A stretch of 64,000 nucleotides of DNA from Paragordius varius (taxonomy: Eukaryota > Animalia > Nematomorpha): NCBI GenBank assembly GCA_964247055.1, contig OZ176052.1:10540001-10604000 (forward strand), read 5' to 3'. This document shows positions 40,301 to 53,229 of the stretch, piece after piece. The position numbers were made by a program, and so were the translations under genes. Positions within the stretch are counted from its first letter, which is position 1; every line of letters starts with the position of its first letter. The notes beneath the pieces were generated by a model. The model was not told the origin of the DNA. It did not search any database and was given only the letters and a program-made list of their open reading frames with translations.

Positions 40301-42832
40301 TTGCTTGGTCAAATTACCCCATTGATTTCCACGTCTTTTAATCTTTTACCGTTACATTAAAATCGTTCAATGTCATCTTAGTTTCATATTAAAATGGAAT
40401 ATATTGTAGATTTGTTATTTAAAAAATAGAGATTTTAATAATCCTTGAGTAAATTAGGAAAGATAATATCATACTTTTTTTATGATTGCAATAAAATCTT
40501 TAATACGTTATTCGCAACATAAAACATTAAGAAAAAAAGTTATTTAAGAATATATATTTTAAGTAAGGTTATCAGTTAAAGAGTACATTTAGACTTAACT
40601 ATATGAAATTATTTTATAAATTACCTGTTTCTTTAGTCCAAGTATGTGACATAGCAAATCTCTTGAATAGGGCTGAAAAATAATGTTTCGTATTATTTCG
40701 CGTTGTGGCACTAAATATTTCTAAAATTACGAAATAAAACGGTAAATAACGAATTTTTTTAGTTTTCTTTAGTTTTTTTAATTTTTGTAACACATTAATT
40801 TATTTTTCTATATATGCATCCTAAGAAAATTAGTTAAGGTTATAACAAAAAACCTTTAAATAAAACAGGAGCCTTAATTAATTTTAAAAGATCTAAAATG
40901 TATAAAAAGTATTATATTTCATATATTGCTAGATATTAATATTATAATATTCTACAATTATAACATCAACAACACTTTTATAGTTCATAAATTAAGCATT
41001 TTAACCTTTTCATAAGGTAAGAAACCACGGATTGGGAATTTTAATGTAGAAGATTCCAATCTCCATAAAACATTATTCGGATTTGAAATACCAATGACGG
41101 GCCACATTTTATCTCGACCTATAATAGCAGTATAAAATATGCATTCATATATATATGAAATACTTTTCTAATATTTTACAATGTTTTTATATAGAAATAT
41201 ATTAAAATTTTAGGTCCTTTTAGATTCTCCAGGGAAACTGAAAAATAGAAACGTCATATTATATAAACATAGGCATTAAATAGTTAATTACATATATTTA
41301 GCCGTAACTTTTATTTAATGAAAAATACATAAAAAATAAGCCATTTATACATCTAATGCACCCTTGGACATAAATTTTTTTAATATTGAGCAAAAATAAT
41401 ACAATTGAGAATAAATATTTTTCTTGTTCTGGTATTAAAGTGAGTTGATTTGTTAATACCATAGATATTAAGTAATAACTCAAACGAATTATTCTTCTAT
41501 CAATGTAAATAAAAAAACTCAAAATGTAGCAAACTTATATAATAAAACCAACAAAATGTTACGTCAATGAAAAATGTTTAATTTTGCTTGAGTAATTTAA
41601 AACAAATCATATATTGTTAATGGTTGCCAATTATATAAGAAATGTTGTAAATTTGAAAATGTTTGAAGAAAAAAAAATACAGTTTCCTTATTTCATACTA
41701 TATATGGGAATTCGCAACACAGTAGTGTATGGAAAAAACTACAAACAAAATTAAATAACCATTTATTTCCTTTCTTTTTTCCATACACTTCTGTGTTGCG
41801 AGCCCTACTATAAAATGTGAAATAAGGAACCATTAAAAAGCATACTGTAAACGGTATGAAACTCAAAATTTTTAACGCCTAACACAAATTTTAAGGTTTA
41901 TTCGGAATTGAATTTTAGCAGGTTAAATTTTAAAAGCAAAAATAAAAGCCTTTTACAGTTTTAATTTGGTATTATGTTATAGAGTATTTTTAAATCATTT
42001 CAAGGCACGCATACGATTAATAATATTTTCAATCCCATTAATAACTACTATATTCACCGATTTTCAAAATATATCCTAATATAAAATACATATAAGCCTA
42101 CCCATTATAAAAACGAGAGTAGAGAGTGGTATAAAGCTGTTAATATAATCAGCAAACTGATTATTTAAAGTCCAATGCGGTGTCACAATATTATCTATCA
42201 CGATTGAATTATTATCGGAGGATATGTTTTGTTGATTACTATTCAATAATTTTTGCAATTCATTAACTACCAGATAATCAGGAATATAATTTGTAGATGC
42301 GTCACATATTAAAAATCTAATTAATTTTGTCAATTTCGTTAAGCATTCATAAAGTTCCTTATCAAGGTACTCATTATCAAACAGTGAAAATTTTTGAATA
42401 AGCGGAGAAATCAAATCTCTTATTCCCTAACTTTATTAATAAAAAAAACCTTATAGTCAATACGTTTGAGATTTTGATATATAAAGTCCAAAGCATTACT
42501 CCACAATTCTTTATAAAATAAATTAATTTGGTTATTGTTCAATAACAATGAACATATGGATCTTCTAATATAAGTATTTTTACTTTAAGTCTACGTGTGT
42601 TAGTGGTTTAGTAAAATTATAAAGCTTTTCAAACCACATGCTAATGTTGGATAAATTCTTTTCATAATAACAATCAATAATCACAACTTTAACAAATTTT
42701 TCAACAAGATAGGCGGGATCCAGCTTATAATTAATTTGTTTAAACTTTAAGATATTGTTCAAATTCAGCGATAAAGGTTTTAATCAAATCAGGGTTTTGA
42801 CTTAACTCAAATTCCTCAATCAAAGAAAGCAT
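28310..42832 (-). CDS. MED23: Mediator of RNA polymerase II transcription subunit 23; multi-exon, extreme 5' end uncertain
   Basis: Ordered exons match recalled MED23 motifs: LDPAYLV..HVDLKGIRDLI, YIPDYLVVNELQK..PHWTL, WRLESSTLKFPIRGFLPYEK, PYSRDLLCHILGL, WQHLASQIIFLILFHF, LCNAYS, LDVLNVHTKMSLIH, ETYARLLAYMETESLGIKGFI, SEEHNKVWIYTLA, WCHEII..TPH, LNEMIW..LDRLLL, QLLLLKPPDF, LPQMFGN..HRYLEL, DWRYDEFSN, HLVGPYLQRFHLEKTRC and LYHIKYMYTGD. Stop at 28310. Confidence 0.95.
31648..32460 (-). mobile_element. Decayed mariner in a MED23 intron
   Basis: TTAGGTGTATTCATAAG TIR at 31648. Remnants LNERQIEHRR, NSFLNRF and PDLA..LFASMG on the minus strand. Confidence 0.82.
36834..37938 (+). mobile_element. 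Mariner element with both TIRs and TA TSD, in a MED23 intron (antisense to the host gene)
   Basis: TA-CCAGGTGTATTCATAAGTTTT...AAAACTTATTCATACACCTGG-TA. Decayed transposase (TMGKIK, LNERQIENRK, RDEKWLFF..KRK, RPNRFGK, LDEWFAA, KCVEAG). The second half of the listed ORF 37712..38281 is this element, not MED23. Confidence 0.92.
41680..41847. mobile_element. Tc1/mariner-type MITE (hairpin) in a MED23 intron
   Basis: TA-CAGT...ACTG-TA termini. Long inverted arms TTCCTTATTTCA..TCGCAACACAGTAGTGTATGGAAAAAA / TTTTTTCCATACACTTCTGTGTTGCGA..TGAAATAAGGAA. Confidence 0.8.
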
Positions 42833-43899
42833 TTTAAATTTTCAAATGATTATAACAAATGATCAAAAAAATGTGATAATGAAAAGTTGCAAATATATAA
42901 AAAGCTATAAAATTATTTTGCTAAATTATAAAATAATCTCAAAAGAAATATTTTAACGCGTAGGGATCAATAGGTAATGGGTTACAAAATTACCAAATTA
43001 CATTGTTTGATTAAATCGACGTAAACATGCCAAAATTTTATCATATTTTTATTTTTTCCGACGATTATATTTTAGATGGTTATCTCAGAACAACTTATTG
43101 AAATTGTTTTATAACATTTTCAGTAGATTTGTGATATTATTTTATATTCTTTTTACCTAGCAGATTATTTCAAAATAAATGATGTTTCATATTTCCAATA
43201 AATGCCACATCATATATCCCCGAATAAGAAAATCAACTTTGCTTTTACATATTGTTAAATAGATATCCTAATTCATTGTTTTGTTGAAACAATTATCATA
43301 TCTTAGCTTTTGGGTTAGTATCATATCCCAAAGATATGTAAAATCATGAAATACAATATATTATTAGTCTAATTGGTAGATATGCTTTCTTTAGATTAAG
43401 TGCGAAGCTCAAAAAAATTTTAATAAAAATATTCTCATCTCAAAGTTTTTTCGCCAATTTTTCTTTGAAGTTTTTAAATCGCTATACAACAGGCAAATAA
43501 TATTACAGTATTATGGTTAAAAAATATACATAATTATATGCTTTCCGGTTACATTTTACTAGCAAACATATGATGATTGTACATTATAAATAGTTATTTA
43601 TAATCGTGTGTTTAGCTGTCTCAATTAAGAGCACCAGTTTAAAATATTTGAAATATAAGATTTTTAATTGCTATAAGGAAACAATGTTTGATGATTAAAT
43701 TTTTACCAAAACAACTTTCACACAATAGTATGTTATATTATAACTTAACTCTGAGGTAAAAAACCTTCCAAAAGAAATGAAATGTTGTAGAGTAAAAAAT
43801 AATCCTTTTGAATGTTATTTGTGCGCCGGAATTGTTATAATTGCCTCCGAATTCGGGGGTTTAGAAGATTCGGTGAAATATATATCTGGTAAAAAATGT

Positions 43900-44700
43900 A
43901 CCAAATTATTATGGTGCATATGTTAGCACTCACAGATTTAAGAAATTTTACACTTTTGGGGTAACAGCACTACTATATTATAGAATGCCAAAATTTTGGC
44001 ATATTTTTTAATAAAAAAATTTTTGGCTAAAGCTAAATGCTTTGTTATCAAAAATCATAACTACAGCTAATAAAAACAATTTTTTTAGCATATATAGCGT
44101 ACTTAGTACTCTTTTGAGGAACCGAAAACGGTATAAAAACGCTTTAAGATATTGTAAAAACATTTTTTATATATAACTCAAAGATGTTGAACATTTTTAT
44201 CGCTTTATTTTAAAAATATATTTTTGCTTTTAAATTTAGGTGATTTGTTATAAAAAAAACATTTAAAAATAATTTAAAAACGAAAAAAACTTATAAAAAG
44301 TGATAAAAATGCATTATCGAATTAAGTGTTTTCATAATATCTAAAGCGTTGTATATCGTTTCCGTCATGTATCAAAATAGTATAAAGTTCGTTTCAGCAA
44401 AATTTCGCTAAAATTATATTTTCGAAAAAATTATGCATTTTTTAAGAAATATTTTTGGGTAAAATGAAGCATATATTTTAACTTATGACATTTTCTTTAG
44501 TTATTTAAATAAAATTACCTCATAGAAGAGCTAAAAAATTTGGGATTTGGGTTAAGTGAAAATTATATTATTCAAAAAATATTGTTTTGCTTTTTATATG
44601 TAGCCTATAATATTTTTAATAATATTTTGGAATAAATATTAGCTCTCACTATAAAAAATTTATTTAAAAATGTGCGCATTGGCTACTTTCTTATGTGTAA
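43900..44700. repeat. Degenerate foldback-like repeat, related to the dispersed family at 54.8-57.2 kb
   Basis: Inverted pair AAACGGTATAAAAACGCTTTAAGATATT (~44127) / AATATCTAAAGCGTTGTATATCGTTT (~44336). The block TAGAAGAGCTAAAA..AAAAAATATTGTTTTGC at ~44524 is shared with 54885 and 56246. Confidence 0.45.
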
Positions 44701-45734
44701 CGCTTACCATAAAAAGTAAATAACTTCCTCACACCATGAACTTTTGGGCTATTTAGGTGTAATATATTAAAAAAAATTTACACACATGTAAATTGTGCAA
44801 AGGTTTAATTAGATAAAAAAATAAGCTTGAATGTGTATAAAAAATAAAAAACTATATTCTAATTTTATTTTGTACGCATTTTTTTTAAATAATTTATATT
44901 ATATAAAATGCGTAATTCTTTCAATTTTGTGGTAAAAATTAAAAAATGGAAATAATAAACTTTAAAAAGCGTTCAGGCTACATAAATCTAGCATAATTCA
45001 AAATAATCGCACAATCTTAACATTTTTGAATTACTTTAACATTTGGATACAACACATTCATTTCATTCCTAAATTTAAAGTCTCAGGGAACCCCAGGTCT
45101 AAATAAAATATTTTTAAAAATAAAAAAAATCAAAAACATTGCAAATGTTTGTTTGCATTTATATAACATTGATGCACCTATATAAAAGATTAATATTAAA
45201 AAAACTTAATACTACTTATTTTATGGATAAACCTTAAGGTAAAATATAACATGACATGTGTGCATTAGCCTAATATAATACTAATGCAATATGAACCATT
45301 TATTCTGTTCATATCTATTAGATGTGATATAAAAAATAGTTTACCACGAATTTTTTTTCAAAATTTAATGAGGTATATTGGCTCATTTATATAACTTTTG
45401 TTATGATAGAAGCATATATTTAAATTGTAACCGTTTTTCTAGTTGTTTTTTGAAAAATATCATAAATTTGTTTGGGGTCACCACCCATATAAATCGGTGT
45501 TTAAGGAACTAGTCCATTTTAGAGGAAGTATTTTAAAAAAGTTATGTTTTGGTTTTTTACATTTAGTTTATTATGTTTTTATTGATATTTTTTGGCATGA
45601 AAGATTTAGTCTTCACCAATTTTATTTAGCATACTTACGAAATCTGATTTTTTTCTAAAGGACAATTACCACCCACACAAGTGTAAGTATCTTACACACG
45701 CAGGACCCTAAACCGACTAGAAAATTCTTTTTTA

Positions 45735-47329
45735 TCTATCAGTATATATATTTATATCATATTAATATTTTTAAAAGTCCCTGATATGCACAGTGAATAC
45801 ATAAAACTTTTGTTTTAGGCATCGAATCCGAAAATCTTAATGTATTTCAAATAAGATTAGTACAAATGGCGCCGAAACAGTCAAATTGGAACTTTTATCA
45901 AAACTTATCTAGAATATTTTAGCCAGAATTACTCAAGAAAAAAAGATTTAAATTGGAATCGCGTGATCGGTTAGTTCTTAAAAATATTATTTAAAATTGG
46001 CTTGAGGTTACCAGCTACCCCAATAATTGAAGTAATATTTTAGTAAATATAAAACAATTTATGTACTCATTTGCTCAAGAATTTTTTTATAATCTATATA
46101 TTTATAAAAATGGAAAATGCTGGCTTTGTGATCTGGTACAGGAAAACCGGTAGACCCATTCAAATCCAAACTTCGAAAAAATATAATCATTAATGAATGC
46201 CCCGACAATAGCTTCGCCCTTTTTTTCAAATAGGCACCCAGTTCGGGCCCACCCCGTGTGAAAAACGGGTTTTTTTTGAAAACAGAAGTCCACAAAAATC
46301 GTGTCTTTGAGACAATTTTCCGGAAAACGTGTTGGACCATTCAATTTCAAATATAATTTTTGTTTACTTATTTTCGATTGCGCCGAACATAGTCGAGTCA
46401 CTTTTTTGATTTAGGCCCTCTTTTTACCCCCTACCCCCGTAAAATGCCATTTTTTTCAAAAAACAAAGTCCATAAAAATGATTTTTTAAATAGATTTTTC
46501 GCCCTAGGTATGAAATCGTAAAAATTCTATATGGATTCCACGTGTTCCCTGTTGAAAGGCAAAAATTTTAGTCAAGCGTTTCTATGATGATAGCTGCTGG
46601 GTAAGGAGCTACCCGCTAAAAACCGATTTTTCATGTAACTTTGTGATCTGTTTCCGGGAAACCGGTGAACCCAATCAAATCCAAACATCGAAAAAATATA
46701 ATCATTAATGAATACCCCGACAATAGCTTCGCCCTTTTTTGGAATTAGGTCCCCAGTTCGGGCCCACCCCGTGTGAAAAATGGGTTGAGTCAATTTTTTG
46801 GAGAACGTGTTGGACCATTTAATTTCAAATATGATTTTTGTTTGCTTATTTTTGATCACGCTGAACATAGTCTACTCACTTTTTTGATTTAGGCCCTCTT
46901 TTTACCCGCTACCCCCGTAAAATGCCATTTTTTTCAAAAAAAAACAAAGTCCACAAAAATAATTTTTTGATTCTATTTTTTTGCCCAAGGTATGAGGCTC
47001 TAAAAATTCGAGAAGGTTTTTTCGTATTGCCTGTTAAAAGGCAAAAATTTTAGTCAAGCGTTTCTTTAATGATAGCTGCTGAGTAAGGAGCTTCTATCAT
47101 ACGTATAAATATTTTTTTTAAATCTATTTTTCCCTCAAGTAAACAATCAATGTATGAATGCACCGTATTATAATTCCTATGAGATCATAGCTATCAAATA
47201 ATGTTTCGAAATAATCCACACATGTGGATCATTTTATTGTCCCTTTTTTCAAATAATCCCCCCACCTCCCCCCCTTCAGAAGTCCGAAGGACTTCCTCGG
47301 GCTGCGTAGCAGCACGAGATTTACGCTAG
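45735..47329 (+). mobile_element. Non-autonomous Helitron-type element containing a ~477-bp tandem repeat
   Basis: The 3' end has the hairpin CTCGGGCTGC-GTA-GCAGCACGAG (47296-47318), then 7 nt, then CTAG|T. Candidate 5' end A|TC at 45734/45735 (tentative). Internal unit repeats at e.g. GATTTAGGCCCT 46410 and 46887. Confidence 0.75.
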
Positions 47330-47770
47330 TAATAATAATAATTATTAATAAAATATATTTTAAAGCATAAGTATCACTTGCGCATAATCTCACCAAATTC
47401 CAAATTAAAATTGACCTTTTTAACATCATAAATTTTATTATAGTTTGAATGAAGAAACAAAATTTATATGATATGCATAATGAATTTAATTTTAAGTTAA
47501 TTTTGACTTTGAAAAGTCTGCTATATTTTAGTTGTTTTAAAACTAAAAAACCTTATGTATATTATATAGGATTAAATAATTGGCCAAATATCATTTATAT
47601 AAATGGTATTGACAGGTAACATCTACTAAGCTAAAATTTGGCAATGATTTAGGTTGTTTTTAACTCTTACTTATTATTCTAATTTTTGAAAGGACATAAA
47701 AATAAATTTTAACTTTTGAAATTATATAAATTTTTTTTGATTAAGTTTTTATTCAAAAATACAGTGCCTA

Positions 47771-48107
47771 ATGAAATTGCTCGGTATTCTCCCTATCCTA
47801 TTAGCTGGTATTAAGCTAATAAATTAATTATATATTCTAAACAAATTCTTAGCTATATTGCATATATTTCTTCACATATTTAGGATTCGTATCGTATATT
47901 TGGGGTCGAGAGGATTTTTGCAATTTGCCAGCAGAAACTGGCCCCTGTAAGGCTAGATTTATACGTTGGTACTTTGATTCTGAATACAATGAATGTTTAA
48001 CCTTTGTCTACGGTGGCTGTAGTGGTAATGCCAACAATTTTATCACTAAAGAAGATTGTGAATTGAGCTGCCTATATGGATCAAATAATCATATATATTT
48101 TGAATGA
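47771..48107 (+). CDS. Secreted single-domain Kunitz/BPTI-type protease inhibitor
   Basis: Join 47771-47807 + 47884-48107 gives [86 protein letters not shown]: a hydrophobic leader, six canonical Cys, FxYGGC.GN.NNF and P1 Lys. Confidence 0.95.
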
Positions 48108-48763
48108 TGGATGCATTCATAAATGTACTTTTTTTAAAACAGTATTTTACTCCTTGTAAAAAATATATTGTATGTTTTTTAAATCTATTTACCAAAATAA
48201 ATTGAACGTGTGTTAGATGCAATTTTTGTTGTGTAATATCAAATAGCAGGGATAAGAATTAAGTTATAATTAAAAAAATCACATATTTTAGGAACACCAG
48301 GTAGATAACGCAAAGATTAAAAACTGGCTAATTTTTCAAATTTACTTTTTGTAAAATATATTCATATTAATGTCATATATACCAGCCAATTTTTCTGATT
48401 GTTTGACAATTCGATTACTGATTCCAAAACAAAATTTAAAATACAGACTTTTTATGTTTTTATAATTTTCCGCCATCTTATATTCATATGATTTATATAT
48501 ACAAAAAATTTCACCGCTTTAGCTTTATAACCACCGGACATAAAAGGTGGTTAAATTATAAGGTTTTTAGGTATCATTATATAGTTTATGGCCTCGGTAA
48601 AAAGTGTAATGAATTAATAAAATGGAACAAATTTTAAAGTCTTCTCTACAAATAATTTTATAAGAAAAATTGGAAAAGGAGGTCCATAAATATTTTAAAA
48701 TTTGAATATTGATTTATACTTTGGATAAGCTTATAGTTTAAACATTGGTTGGTGAGAAACAAC

Positions 48764-49435
48764 TAGGGTTGCTGACCAAGTCATGACCAGGTCAGTGAAT
48801 ATTTATTTTTTGACCATGGTCATTTTAAAAAACACCTGTTTTTTGAAAAATTGCTTGTAAATTTTTTTTGGGGGAGTAATAGGAATATTTTACTGTTTTT
48901 TAATATATTTTTTTAAAAAATATAAATATATGCTTATTCAACAATATAAAATTGTTAAACATGCATCGTTATAACATTAGCATTTAAGCATATCCAGTTA
49001 TTTCGAAAAACCTAACAATCTAGCACTTTAAAAAATATGCAATTATTCCATATATGTCAACCAATAAAATGAAAAAACATTTTATAATTGGATATTACAA
49101 TGATGAAAGAAAGTCTTAAACAAACTAGGTGAAATTTTATTTGAAATATCCAGTATTAAAAGCTATGTATTTGAAGATTCAGAAGGCCACAAACATGTGG
49201 TTGAAAACAAAATCTTGATTAAATTTGAGTGAAAATATAAAAAAATGTATAAAATAAACTTTTAAGAAAAAAATGACATTATTAGTGAAACGCAAGTGTG
49301 GTACGAACATTATATTGACAATCCAATATCGCATGATATATATTTAAGTAAAAAGGGTCATGACCGTAGCCATGACCATAATCTGACTGGGTCTGATCGG
49401 ACTTTTTTGAAAAAGCAGTCAAATGCACAACCCTA
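48764..49435. mobile_element. hAT-type MITE
   Basis: TAGGGTTG / CAACCCTA termini, 8-bp flanks GAAACAAC / GATACAAC (7/8 match) and multiple TGACC/GGTCA subterminal motifs at both ends. Confidence 0.8.
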
Positions 49436-51178
49436 GATACAACTAATCACATTTATGCGACATATTTTATAACTGCAATATCATAAAAAATATAGAGAAC
49501 ACCCAAAACTACAAATTCAAGTAATTAAGATAATTGCTTTTTAAAAATGTATATGAGGCTTCTATCTAATGAGTTTTTGCTTAAGAATTTTTACCCTAAA
49601 AATGATATTAAATTTTGATCACCAATAATTTGGGTTGTCATTTTATTATATAAACAATTTTAAAATATGATAGAAAACTAAATTAAAATTCTCAGAGTGA
49701 TTTTAGGGCAATACAAGTCAGCTAAAAAGAATATTCTACTTTTTCATAACAAAATAAATTGTTAAAGTTGAAATAAAAATTTTATATAACAAGATATAAC
49801 AATATAAAGATAATTAAATTTTTTATATTATTAAGGTACAATTTGTGAGCAATGTCATAAATTTTATTTTTGCATCATAAAGAAAATTTGCCGCGACCAG
49901 GGTTGTTCTTAGATCGTTGGTACCGACGACCATTAGATGTATGAAATTCCAAGTTTGTGGTTGCTATATTTTATTTACTTTGCCCGTGGAACAAAATTTT
50001 ACTTATCAAAATCTAATATAAATATTGAAATTCTCTAAATATTTAATTTTACCCTTTCTTTCATTAAAAGACATAGTTGAAAGTGTAACATATTATATTT
50101 ATATTTAATTTATATTCATAGCAATTATTTATTTTTAATAATTAAAAAGTATTTGCTTTTAGGTTTTTTAGCATAGGATTTTTTACAATTTTTTTCTAAT
50201 AATATAGGTAAGAATCTATTTTGGAGTATAGAATCCTTGATGACAAAAATCTGTAAATAGAGCCTGGCAGGTGGATTCAAAAGTGGAACTAGAGCCAGAT
50301 TATCAACATATTGCAACCGGTTTCTGGTCTAATCTCAATTCCTATTCAAGAAATTAAGTTTGAAACTAATTTAAAAAATGCTGTTTACGCTAAAGATTTC
50401 TAGCACATGCGAAAATGTCGGATAGAATTTAAAAAAATTAAAGATCCCTTCAGGAAGCGCAAAATCTTTAATTCGCCCTCTTTAAACTTTTACGCCCACC
50501 TATATACCTCTAAACTAGGGTATATATAATGCAATATAATATATTAATTATTATATCTTATGTAATACCAATTCTAATTTTACAAGATACATAATTGTAA
50601 ATATGATTCAGCATTATTAGCAGATTATTAGTTACACTTTACATCGGAAAAAATTATAGCTGAAATTTATATATTTTTGTTAAATATAAAACTAAAATTA
50701 AACACTAAAAATAATAATAAATTAGTCTCACTGGGGTATTATATGGCGCTATCATTGACAAATAAATTAATTGTCATCCAATTAAAAAGTCTTTAATTTA
50801 GGGCACTTGAGAAAATTGAATCAATATTTGTATATCTGAGCAAATAGTCTTTTTATAGGACATATATTTACTTAATGTGTTCTAAAAGCACTCAGAAATT
50901 AAAGCAATTAAACCTCTCTTAGGTTGTTCAGTATTTACACACCATCGAGAAATTGTAAGTTAAGGTAAAAATCGCCTTTCTCCAGAGCCCGAAAAGTTAT
51001 TAATAGCATGACATCGGAAGTTCTTTAACAATGTCTAATTAATTATTTGAGAGTTTTAAAATTGTTTAAATAGAAATAGTAATTCAAGATTATGCAATAT
51101 TTGCTTAAAAACTCTATAAAATAGGGAAAAATTATGTGGGTTATTAGATATTGTATATTTTTCTTAAAAACGTGAATT

Positions 51179-52878
51179 ATGATAAATTTTTTACCACTTC
51201 TCGCTATTCTTTTCCCAAATATTCCTGGTATAATTTAAACAAAAATTTTTACCCATTTTTCTTGTTTTAAAGCTTTGAAATATAGTTTGTCTACATTCGT
51301 AATTAAGTTTTTTTAACAAACTATTTTTACAAATATTTTTTTATAATTATTTTCAGATCCGAACCCTCAATCTTATTTGGATGTTTGTGGAATGGCTTCG
51401 TCCCGGCTCTGGTTACAAAATTGTTCAGCTGTTGGGCAAAATATTTATAAAGGGAGATTTGTACCGATCATGCAATTCCCTTGGCAGGTTTTATACAAAA
51501 TCCAAACTCAATTATACATAAATTAAATAAGGCTTTTTTTTACATTTATAATTTAATTTGTGAAAATATTTATAGGTCATTCTAAGAACAAACAAGTTCC
51601 GATGTGGAGGAACTATAATTGGAGAACGATACGTTATGACTGCTGCCCATTGCATTCCAAAGGCTGATGATGATAAAATTAGGTACAAAAATATTTTAAT
51701 GCTTTGTGGTAATATCATACAACGGGTATAATGTAATTGGAAAACATAATTTAAATTATTTAAGGGTTTAGTAAGCAATTCTTTTATTATATAGATTATT
51801 TAAGAATTCTTGTAACTAAAACTATAATATGCTAATATCATACGAATGATTGAGTTTAAAAGTAAGTATAGTGTCTTAAAAAATTTGGTTTTAGTGTCTT
51901 TGCATTCCAATTTTTCCCAAGACCAAACTTTAAAATAGAGCTTTTAACTTGTCTATTGGAAAAAAGGGACACATTTTTTCTAACTCGCAAAATTATAATT
52001 AAACCGGTAACTTAATGGCCTCAACTCTCAAAAAGATTTCTAATTCCTTGTAAAAACCGTCTCTATATATACAAACGCTTAAACTATCGAACATGATATG
52101 TTAGAGTATATACTGGCTACAACCGCTTAGAAACAACTTCTAACCCTGCCACGCCGTATATCATAGGAAAACCTTTGCCACACGTTGACTATGATCCAAC
52201 CAATTTTGATAATGATATAGCTATTTTGCACTTAGAGAAGCCCATTTCCTTTTCACAAACAGTTCAGCCAATTTGTTTGCCTCTAAATACTTTTTTTGAG
52301 GGCAATGAGATACCTGAGATTCCCGACGGAAAGGACATGTATGCCACAGGATTTGGCAATAAAAGAGGTATTTTTTAAATATATTTGAATAGCGTCAATT
52401 CCCGCTTAAACCTACATATCAAAACAATATCACTATTTTTGTGTTACATTGCATCTATTATTTTCTTTATTTAGTTGCAGGAAGTGATAATTTACTTCAT
52501 GGAGCATGTTTACCCGTTTATAATTCACGAAAATGTGATATTTATACCAGTCCACCTCTAACCAACAATATGTTTTGCGCTGGATACCTCGGAGTATGCC
52601 TTCCACAAATAACTGAGGTTTGTATTATATCGTTAACTTGCTTTCTGATATCCCTCAGTATGTTCCAAACATGTTCCAATTTATTTTTTACAATTAAATA
52701 GGGAGATTCGGGTGGTCCATTGGCATTTAGGCATTCAGATCAATGGTTTTTACAAGGGGTTACGTCTTCTGCCTGTGATTCAAAATTCACTTATCCTTCA
52801 ACCTTTATGAATGTTACAGCATATCTCCCATGGATCCAAAAAACAATTACAGAAAATGAAATTACAAATCAGTCGTAG
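51179..52878 (+). CDS. Secreted trypsin-fold (S1A) serine protease, catalytic triad intact
   Basis: Exons 51179-51227, 51357-51487, 51576-51682, 52105-52367, 52475-52617, 52702-52878 give signal-like MINFLPLLAILF, pro-region CG, FPWQV, CGGTII, TAAHC, DNDIAILHL, VQPICLP, MFCAG, GDSGGPL and NVTAYLPWI. Confidence 0.95.
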
Positions 52879-53229
52879 ATAACACATAATCACAATTATT
52901 AAAAGATATGTTTTTCAAAATAAATGTCAGCATATTTCTTTAATTACATATTTTACTTATACATATGGGTCAAATTTTGGGATCCAGTTAGATTTAATAG
53001 AATAAATTCATGATGATGGTCTTTTAGAATCTAGTAATATAAGGTTTAAACATATAAAATAAAACCAAGCTAAAGTTTTAAATGTTTATTCAGTAAATTT
53101 GTAAAATAATGAGTTCCTTATATGTATTGATAATTAAAATAAAAACATGATGATTATTGATATATACCGGTTTTTTGGTAATATAACCCGTAAATTTGGG
53201 AAATATACTAATTAATTAATTCAAAATAT

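Noticed and set aside
41298-41522. ORF as an extra MED23 exon
   Set aside because: The flanking exons join directly (FIMG|RDKMWP) and keep colinearity with MED23 without it.
46059-46868. Repeated minus-strand ORFs (FHTGWARTG..KGEAIVG)
   Set aside because: They are translations of the non-coding tandem repeat and show no protein family motif.
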